Position numbers and translations under genes: made by a program
Assembly (NCBI GenBank): GCA_026023565.1
Contig: JAPETS010000002.1
Location: 372,001 to 436,000, forward strand
Reading direction: 5' to 3'
DNA length: 64,000 bases
Origin: Cirrosporium novae-zelandiae
Taxonomy: Eukaryota
Shown here: piece after piece, positions 55,905 to 64,000 of the stretch
Layout: each line of letters starts with the position of its first letter
Position numbering within the stretch: position 1 is the stretch's first letter
Notes under the pieces: model-generated
What the model saw: the letters and a program-made list of their open reading frames with translations, nothing else
Told to the model about the DNA's origin: nothing
Database searches by the model: none

Positions 55905-56025
55905 TTGTTCTTCGCTATTATTGCAGGGGATCTGGCCATATTCAAACATCTTATAGACACTGATATCAATTTCTAAGTAAAAGACTGGGAGGGACTGATT
56001 CCGATTTGCTACAGCATTCGGGCCA
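55905..56025 (+). pseudogene. Ankyrin-repeat gene fragment
   Basis: Reads LFFAIIAGDLAIFKHLIDTDINF*VKDWEGLIPICYSIRA, matching the ankyrin pattern L..A...G.....LI.....D..G..P; internal stop. Confidence 0.5.
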
Positions 56026-56525
56026 CGCATTGTGTCTTTCTTCCTCAAGAGTGTGAGGGCTCACTCCCCACCTCTATATTGAAAATTACTTAAAATATTG
56101 GCGAAAATATTGTCAAAGTGCGAAAGATCTATCTTACGGGTTTTGTTCGGCTTGATCGTTTGGTGCTGGCTTTACAAGCTTTGCAAACCGCTGTAAGATT
56201 TCGACTTGGATCTACAAAGGTACGGTCCTACTCCCTTCATTCTTTGGTTATCCATACAATCTGCAGTTACCCCTGCAATCTATGGTTCTTAAAAGACCAT
56301 GAAATTTTCTCTACTAATCATTATTTCCCTATTAGGAGGAAGGCGACTCGATTAGAAAGACATTGAAGAATATTTTCGGAATACACGGAACGGGTTTCAC
56401 ACCTATAGCTGCGGATCTTTTTGCTAAAGTACTGCAATATGGTAGTAATATGGAGAAATCATGTTGGAACTCCTGGATGGTGGTTTACCAATTAGAAACA
56501 ACTTCAACCCTCCTGATGATACGGC

Positions 56526-56675
56526 TTTGCCTTTTGGACTTTGGGGAGGCCTTCAAGTCGAAAATTAAAATTTGATTTTGTTTGACGGCCTTCCCAAGAT
56601 CATTTTTCTAGATTTAGTCGCTTTCATTTTTAAGCGACTGCACCTTTAAACAGCGAACCACCCTTGGCCAGTCAC
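56526..56675. repeat. Inverted-repeat-rich dispersed repeat, copy B
   Basis: 56526-56565 is the reverse complement of 54248-54287 (about 4 mismatches); shares the terminal TGCAC..AAACA.GCGAACCACCCT.GGCC with copy A. Confidence 0.7.
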
Positions 56676-56846
56676 ATAATTCAACAACATTAATTTGATA
56701 GGTGGATGAATGGACAACTTTTTAAAAAAACCTAACCAACCTAGAACTTTTCTTTTCCCCCTCACCCCTTTAATTATACAAAAAATGAACCCCCCTCACG
56801 TGCAACATGCCCGACTAGAATTCTCAAGGGAAAAAAAATAGATGCG

Positions 56847-58370
56847 TTACACGCCAATAAGGATAAAAGGGGCCCAATAATAGGGCGCCTGATATGGACA
56901 GACCTTTCCATGGGCTTCAAGCATTTGTTGGTAATACTCTGGCTCTACCCGCGCGGATGGGTTTCTTTCTTGCTCTTGCTTTTGCTCCTGCTCCTGCTCC
57001 ATCTCATTGCATTCGTGTTCTACATCCGCTAGGGATCTTTGAAGGAGGTCTACTACGTGAGAGGACTTGATGGTGGTGGTGGTGGTGGTGGGATACTCAT
57101 CTCCCTCCTGCGTCTGCACTGTTTCTGAAAGTCGAAGCGTAAGACTCTGTCGCATTTCCTCCGATCGAAGTTTCTTTTCCCTATTAGTGAGGCCTCTCAG
57201 CCACATCTGAGCATCCCGGAGCGCCCTTGCAGCATCAAACTTCTCGCGGTTAGGGAGAAGAAGACATTGGTAGAACTCGCCCATCAGGAGACATGCGGCG
57301 ATATCGACAACGACCCACAGGGTGACTATTGCCAGTTTTGCCCCCGCTGCCAGTAAAGCTCGCGCGAGACTTCCAACGACGTCGTCGCCTGGGGTGACTT
57401 TGCCGTGCCCTGTGTCGCAAGCGCTCATGACGACTAGGTCGGCGTTTAGGTGGAGCGACATCATTTCGTAGACTGATAGTGCTTGGCCGTTGGCGAGAAG
57501 GATTGCTAATGCGAGAGGGACGCCTGGGGAGAGGTATCCGTGGGTTGAGAAACGGAGGAGCTTGTGGGTTGAGATGTTGGCGCGGACGGCGGATATGGTT
57601 GCTGAGGATGCTGTGAATACGGTACTGGAAGGTATGATTCTGCTGATATATTCGGCTTCGAGAAAGGGTCGTGGAAGTGGATTCCAGGTTAAATGTTCTC
57701 CTGCGGGTGAGTAATTCATATGTGCAGGGTTGCCGATCGCTAGCAGGCTTGGACTTTGAGGTATTTTGATAGAGTCGGTTGGCATGAATTGGAGGAAGCT
57801 AGCACTAGGAAGAAAAGTCACGATGTGAGTTTCTGCTAAGGGTCTCCCGTTCCAGGGCAACACATGGATGGGAAGCAAATGTCCGACTCCATAGGGGATG
57901 ATAATCAGTCGACTGTTTTGTGTAATCACGTTAGACAAGGGCACTAGAAATATATTAGATAATCGTTCCGCGTAGAATTTGTTTTCTTCGGATATTTTGC
58001 GTTCAGGCCTTTTCGACAAAAAACTGTGAAAACGACGGATCCAAATGCCCACTGCATGTTCCTCGACCGTCGTCAGATAATGTCTGATCATGCCCTGTTC
58101 TGTTATTGCCCACCCGATAAAGTCCTCACCGACAAAACTGTATTGCAAGATTGCAGTGCCTCGTGCTAACCTTTTGCTGACCTTGTCCAAGTCATCAATC
58201 TCGGACCCTGGAATGCCGCCTTTGTAAGGGAAAAAGTTGCCAGCATCTAGCTCTGCTTCAGCTATCATCTTTTCTTTTTCCTCTTCGTGGATTTTCTCCT
58301 GAATCAATTTGACCCTGTCTGCCTTGGGGGTTTCCTTAGAGAGCTCTTTAGCCAACTGTGACCGCATCAT
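56847..58370 (-). CDS. CHAT-domain (caspase/separase-like, clan CD) cysteine protease, apparently lacking N-terminal TPRs
   Basis: IIIPYG..HLLPIH.L, LAIGNP, catalytic STHG and MSACDTG, GSLARALLAAGA..IVTLW.V.D, ALRDAQ.WL, PYYWAPFILIG. Confidence 0.9.
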   Translation of the reverse strand: MMRSQLAKELSKETPKADRVKLIQEKIHEEEKEKMIAEAELDAGNFFPYKGGIPGSEIDDLDKVSKRLARGTAILQYSFVGEDFIGWAITEQGMIRHYLTTVEEHAVGIWIRRFHSFLSKRPERKISEENKFYAERLSNIFLVPLSNVITQNSRLIIIPYGVGHLLPIHVLPWNGRPLAETHIVTFLPSASFLQFMPTDSIKIPQSPSLLAIGNPAHMNYSPAGEHLTWNPLPRPFLEAEYISRIIPSSTVFTASSATISAVRANISTHKLLRFSTHGYLSPGVPLALAILLANGQALSVYEMMSLHLNADLVVMSACDTGHGKVTPGDDVVGSLARALLAAGAKLAIVTLWVVVDIAACLLMGEFYQCLLLPNREKFDAARALRDAQMWLRGLTNREKKLRSEEMRQSLTLRLSETVQTQEGDEYPTTTTTTIKSSHVVDLLQRSLADVEHECNEMEQEQEQKQEQERNPSARVEPEYYQQMLEAHGKVCPYQAPYYWAPFILIGV

Positions 58371-58395
58371 TGTGTAAAAATGTAGAATTTACCAT

Positions 58396-58647
58396 CTACC
58401 CATTTCTAAACAAGCATCGTAGGCATTCATTCATGTCCGTAGAATCGCCACTTAGGTTATTCCTGTTAGTTGTAACCAGGTCGTTGCTGTTGCTGAATCG
58501 ACGTTCGACGTCAGCGGCTATGGCCACAAGTCCAGGTAAGTCAAGGGGCATTCTTAACAGTATTAAGTAAGTTCCCTCCCCAGCTCTCCATCATTATATA
58601 AAGTTGCCCACACTCTTTAAATATAGATCAAGCTCGTCTTGAGGTTC
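58396..58647 (-). mobile_element. Degenerate hAT-family transposase C-terminal dimerization domain
   Basis: One frame reads EPQDELDLYLKSVGNFI**WRAGEGTYLILLRMPLDLPGLVAIAADVERRFSNSNDLVTTNRNNLSGDSTDMNECLRCLFRNG*, matching hATC (ELD.YL, WW, YP.L..MA.D, VER.FS, RN.L). Confidence 0.82.
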
Positions 58648-59298
58648 TTGATTCGCCTTTGGCAATGAACAATCGGTTGGCGAGGGCAAGGTCGATAAAG
58701 GAGGCTTCCACGGCCTAGTGCCTATCGTCTAGATTAAGAGCTTCAGGGGCTAAGCTGCCAAGTGTTGAGAGAGGGGTAGAAGTATTCGATATTGTTTGAT
58801 AGAGATTTGTTGAAGGCAAAGTTCTTAGAACCCAGACCGGACACACTTTTTGCTACTAGACACACCATCATGCCTATTCAAACAACGCCTAATAAGTCAC
58901 AATAGCTGTAACAATACATAACGAATAATGAAAATAAGTTTTATTTTTCAATAATTTTACGAGTAACATTCTGCTCTTTGCCTCTAGTCTAGAAGATTGG
59001 GTGTTCGTGTTTTCAGCTGCCTAGGCTGTGGCTTGCGCCAAGAATCATTCACCACAGTACATCGCCATCTGTCACATCCACCAGGCGTCTGTGATAAAAG
59101 CAAGTTGTAGTGAAAATTGATCATTTATAGTACGCTGAATAGTTTCTGCCATATGAACCAAGTGAACAATATTCCTACCGGCAAGATGTTGGACGAATAG
59201 TATAGATATATTATTATCTGAAGATAATCGAAAATTACCTGACATCATACGCAACTATCATTATACAACCTCATTGACGTGAAAGTTAGCTTCTGATC

Positions 59299-60378
59299 AT
59301 GCCGGAATCGGCCTACAAGCAATATGTCGATTCATTGAAGAGACTTGCCATCGGGAAACCAATATACCACCCTGATGGGGAGGGTCTGAAGCCGGGGCAT
59401 TGCGGCTACTTTGACGACAATGGCAAGTGGAAGCACATGCTGGACCTGACGGCGATCGATGCTCATCATCCTTCGTATACGCAGCTTGCATCCCCACTGG
59501 TAATTGGAGGTTTAACGGCACCTCAGCAATGGGGACCGCAGTTTGGCAGTACTGTTAGATGTTGCGGCGTGGAGCAAGTTACCAGTCTGGAGTATATTCC
59601 AGCTACTGACCTTGATCATTGATGAAGACACTTACTGTCCGTACTATAGAATCCCAGGGCTTCCTGTCACGCCAGGCGTGAACCTCAAATTCGAGAAATC
59701 AAGCAAATATGGTGCCGTTCTTATGACCGACCCCGTTACATACACGTCTTTCCCACATAAACCACCATTTCATCAATGGTGTAAAGCCAATGCATCAGCT
59801 CTGTTAGCAGACAAGACCTACGGGCCTGAGCTGAAAGAACATCACCTATTCATTGTCACAGAGGTCTATAGCACGCCCCGCTGTTCTATAGTACAATGGG
59901 AAGACACAACAAAAGAAATAAGTATTGGTGTCTCCGCGGAAGCATGGGGTGCCGGAAAATTAACTGGAAGTGGATTCTGGAACAAGATAACGAATTTGGG
60001 GACCTGGAGGGGCTTCGGGTTCGAAGAAGAAAATGAACCAGTAAGTAGCTTCGTGTCTCCCAACTTAGGATCAAAGTTGATAGTACACATTAGCAAAGCT
60101 ATGCGGTGTTTGTGGGTGGTCTAGAATACAAATTCAATTGGATTCGGGCATTGTTAGGTTCAGAGGTAGAAAATTGCTATCACTGTCGATTAGCTCTTAC
60201 TGAGAAATTTTAGAGCCCTCTTGACATTTGTCGCCACCGCGGGGTTATTAAAGAACGGATCTCTGAGAGTTTTGATATACGCGTTGACGGGAACTACTAT
60301 ACCGGGCAAGGGGCCGAGACAAATCTGACTCTGCCATCAGCCATTCCAGAACCTCTCCCAGAAACAGTCTCAGAATAG
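59299..60378 (+). CDS. Predicted gasdermin-like pore-forming protein, 306 aa; exons 59299-59591, 59650-60040, 60094-60165, 60214-60378
   Basis: Three GT-AG introns join into one open 921-nt CDS; N-terminal G.PIYHP..LKPGHCGYF, amphipathic beta segments, LFIVTEVYST and YAVFVGGLEY strands, short C-terminal tail; head-to-head with CHAT protease. Gene model is solid; fold assignment is inference. Confidence 0.68.
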
Positions 60379-60589
60379 TCTATGAAAACCTAATATATCC
60401 TATTGTAATATAGTAAGGATGCGTGGCAGCGATATTTATATTATATAGCTCTGGTGTGATACAGCAACAAAAAGTGGAATTTCTGTTGGAAATCAGTGAC
60501 AAGTTGAGGCTAATAGGGGCCGAGTAAATGGATCATTTGTGATGAACTGAAAACAGAAGTAGGCTAAGATAAATGCCCTCCTCGTAGTC

Positions 60590-60598
60590 GTGACTCAT
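60590..60598 (+). promoter_or_regulatory. Gcn4/CpcA response element (GTGACTCAT) upstream of threonine aldolase
   Basis: Perfect TGACTCA about 230 nt upstream of ATG, followed by TATAAAA near 60622. Confidence 0.5.
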
Positions 60599-60827
60599 GA
60601 GATGATGCATTCCTAGTTGGTTATAAAAAGGGGTTTACGGTTGATTAATTAGACTCGGTTCGGGGTTCGGTTCAGAGTTCGGTTCGGGAGCGTTTCGGAT
60701 GCGGGATACAGATGAAACTTGTAGCGGGGACTATCTCAAGCCGAGACAGGCTTCGGGTGTCTACCTACCCACTCAATGCGGGGGGAGATCCCTCCCAACA
60801 AAAATTACCATTGAGTGCTTGTATATA

Positions 60828-62277
60828 ATGCAGAGGAGCCTTTTCAATTCTCTACGACGAACTTCATTGTCCCTTCTTGTGGCAGTGCCACTCCCCAGTA
60901 CAATGGCTCGATTTTCCACTACCACTACAGAAGTAAGCTCTGCAGCTCGATGGGACCCGACTTATAACTGCAGAAAGGTCTCATCTACTCATGATTTCCG
61001 AAGTACGTCCCATCATGAAATGCAGTATAAAGCTGACTCCGTAGGCGATACTGTTACTCTCCCGAGTGGCACGATGCTTTCGTCGATCCTTACGAATGCA
61101 ACGAATCTTGGAGACGATGTTTTCTCGGAAGATGGACCTACTAATGCCCTCGAATGCTATACTGCTGATCTTACTGGCATGAAGCACGCAATGTTTACTC
61201 TTACAGGCACAATGGGCAATCAGGTCTCCCTTCGGTCTCTGCTGAAGCAGCCACCCTATAGCGTTATATGCGATTTCCGCAGTCATATTTTTGCACATGA
61301 ATGTGGCATGACATCCATGTTCTCGCAAGCCCACCTTATTCCTATTATGCCAGATATGACCAAGCGTGCCTACCTGGTACTTGAAGATATCATACCATAT
61401 ATCGTACCGGACGATGGAGACCTTCATGGGTCGCCAACCAAGGTATGTGAACATTACTTCGGGTAAAGTTGTTCGCGTACAAGGAATAATATGAATAGGT
61501 GATATGTATAGAAAACACGATCAGTGGTAAGGTTGTGCCTGTCCAAGAAATTACACGAATCTCTCAATATGCAAAGGAGAGGGGTATAATGGTTCATATG
61601 GACGGTGCAAGGCTTTGGAATGCTTGCTATGCGCCTGCAGAGGAGTCTTTAGCTCCAGCAGCTGCAGCTGAAGCAGCGACGAAGCTTCTTCGTGCCTACT
61701 GTGCTGCCGTTGATACCGTTACTTTATGTTTCTCGAAATCCCTTGGTGCGCCTAGTGGCTCAATTGTGCTTTCAAATTCGTCATCTTTCATAGATCGTGC
61801 CCGGCATTTTCGCAAGGCTCTAGGGGGTGGGCTTCGGCAAACTGGAATTCTTGCATCCCCGGCACGAGTCGCCATCGATGAAACGTTCCTATCGGGTGAA
61901 CATATGCGAGATGCCAATGCTATCGCCAAAAGAATTGAGAAGATTTGGATAAAACTGGGTGGAGATATTCAAATAGGGTTGAATCAAGAGACCAACATGG
62001 TTTGGCTAGATTTACAAAAAGCTGGTATAAAGGATCAGGATTTTGTTAATGCTGCTAAAGAGGAGGGAGTTAGCGTTCTTGATGGAAGAATTGTGACACA
62101 TCACCGTGAGTTCAATAGTCATTCTTTTGCATTGAGAATCTTACCTTTTGTTATCACGTACTCTAACGAACGGAATGCGATTCTACGCCTACAGAAATAA
62201 GTCTTCGTGCTGTTGACGCTCTTGAGCGTGTTTTCATACGTGTTCTCGCCGGTAAGAACACGGATGCACAGTTATGA
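60828..62277 (+). CDS. GLY1: Low-specificity L-threonine aldolase (PLP-dependent); three introns
   Basis: DFRSDTVT.P, GDDVF.ED, TGTMGNQ, CIENT, HMDGARLWNA, LCFSKSLGAP.GS, RHFRKALGGGLRQ.G. Confidence 0.93.
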
Positions 62278-62476
62278 TAAGCCCATATTTACGAGACGAA
62301 TACTTGGATGAAGATATTAGGTTTTCAGGCAGGTTGACACTTAAAAAGCTAATTCTATTCCCACTATATGAACATATTTTATGAAAGTATTCATCTGTTC
62401 GACTAAATGGCCCATTTCAATATATGTTATATTTTGTCTTCCTGTCTTCCTTGACCCACCGGCCCGTCAAAATACT

Positions 62477-63223
62477 TCAGTTTCTGAGTTCAAACCTTGA
62501 GGCAAAGGAGAATCCATAGTATACAGAACTCAGAATAGTAATGAGATTAAGATGAATGCTCATAGCGTGCGCCCTAGAGAAAGCTCTATTTAACCGGGTC
62601 ATATCTTCGCTCACATCTTCTAGATCATTACATTTGCGCCCATCTCGAGTTTCTAGAAGATATTCCGATTAGCCGCCCATGTTTCCCCAAATTCATCAAC
62701 GAAGCAGCAAATGGAATTACCTTGGTGTACTCGCTCCATCATGATGGAATTAGTACGCGGTCCAAACACCATTAAATTTGATATGGCGCTTGCTAGCATA
62801 ATCCCGAATGTGATAGCATCATGGGCCTTCTGGCTCATGACCAATGAGCTAATTGAAGCCGGTGGGTGCGTAACGGCGGTAGCGATAATAAGCAGGGTCT
62901 GTATTTGAAAGTATGCAGGAAATACCCGCTTCTGAAGCTGGGTGAATTGCGAAATTGGGAGCGTGCGATGACATATCTTTGTCATAATAAAAGTCTAGGA
63001 CATATCATGTATGTCTATTAAAACAAAACCTTTGGAAGGTCATTGGGCTCACCAGATACTCACTTGGTATAGTTCTGTGCCTAACAATGTTCCATATGTT
63101 CTAAAGCACCAAGGATGTAAGTAGTATTCCTCATATCTCTCCATATTGTCTTGCCTTTTGCAATTGAAGAATCTTGGAGAGAAAGACCTACAAAATATGA
63201 AAAGGTTGTAGCGAGAGAGACAT
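62477..63223 (-). CDS. TMEM205-like (DUF4149) membrane protein; multi-exon
   Basis: PFHIL, YGTLLGTELYQ, F..LQKRVFPAYF, NLMVFGPRT, RLNRAFSRAHAMSIHLNL. Confidence 0.82.
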
Positions 63224-63421
63224 GTCTGTTATGCTGGATCACCCGTGAATCCTATACCCTTGAGAAACTGTCCACAGAGAGGAGATAGGATAATGTAAAA
63301 TGTGAATCCCGGGTCAATTGAATGAAACTATCGAGCTGGTACAATTGGATTGATACATCTAGATTGGTTTATATAGTCAAAGCATGTTTATCGTTGCCTA
63401 GCAGGGTGTAGATGAAGGATC

Positions 63422-63965
63422 CTAATTTATAACACTAGTTCTATTTTCAGGTTCCTTGAATAACCTTGAGTTGGACATCAAGCCTGTAAAGCGTCTTGGA
63501 AATGTATACCTCGAAATTTCGGTGTGCATTTTTCCATGAGAATTGATACCAAAGTTGGACGTAGTTATCTCGCGGCTTTTTGCTTTCGCCCGCGGCCTGG
63601 GTACTACGGTAAGATTCGGGACTACTATCGGCCCGCATTTTAAATCATCATTTGCCCTAAACACCCCCCTAAAGCGGACAGGCAACAGCTTTTCAACCTA
63701 CCACATTATCTTATAATTATGGTGCAGGTTATTGTTGATTATTCGTCCATTATGAGCACATTATGATTGGCCTTTGTGGTTTTAGATTTTCTCATGCTCT
63801 TAATATTGCTGCCTGAATTATCATGCTGCAAAGTACTTTATTCCTTGTGGTTTCAATGATGGAACGTGGTAAATTGACACCACTCCGCAATATTAGCCTT
63901 TGCTTGAAGCTTCCAACAAATTAGCCCTTTCAGAAACATTTAATTCATGGCCTCTTCTAACAATG
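63422..63965 (-). mobile_element. Probable decayed Tc1/mariner-like transposase fragments
   Basis: Frame-broken pieces RRGHELNVSERANLLEA..KG, LPRSIIETT (HTH-like) and VRFRGVF..GPIV (resembles V.FWG.F..GPLV). Confidence 0.4.
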
Positions 63966-64000
63966 TTATTGGTACCTCCAAAGTCATTGCCTCCATAGCC

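Noticed and set aside
53000..60400. Intact Starship or autonomous transposon
   Set aside because: No tyrosine recombinase (DUF3435) or intact transposase ORF and no definable boundaries in this window

Overview
Eukaryotic, intron-containing DNA from a filamentous ascomycete (Pezizomycotina: short GT-AG introns with CTRAC/CTRAY branch points, class IV chitin synthase, Zn2Cys6 factor). Bases 1 to about 50.1 kb are an ordinary gene-dense core region: CHS class IV (3' part), WD40 protein, PPE1, membrane alpha/beta-hydrolase, DSC4, NPL4, SEC66, NOP14, a hypothetical protein, GH16, VPS8, ORC3, GH17, a beta-flanking-like protein, SIN3 and a FAS1-domain protein. From about 53 to 60.4 kb there is an accessory, transposon-scarred island. 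Its highlight is a divergent gene pair: a CHAT (caspase-like) protease (-, 56847-58370) and a four-exon gene, split in the ORF track, for a 306-aa predicted gasdermin-like pore-forming protein (+, 59299-60378). Together they are a candidate protease-triggered cell-death/immunity module. A decayed hAT transposase fragment abuts the CHAT start, and ankyrin and inverted-repeat relics lie nearby. Threonine aldolase, a TMEM205-like gene and a probable Tc1-like relic end the window. Exon boundaries were read by eye and family calls come from motif recognition, not database searches.
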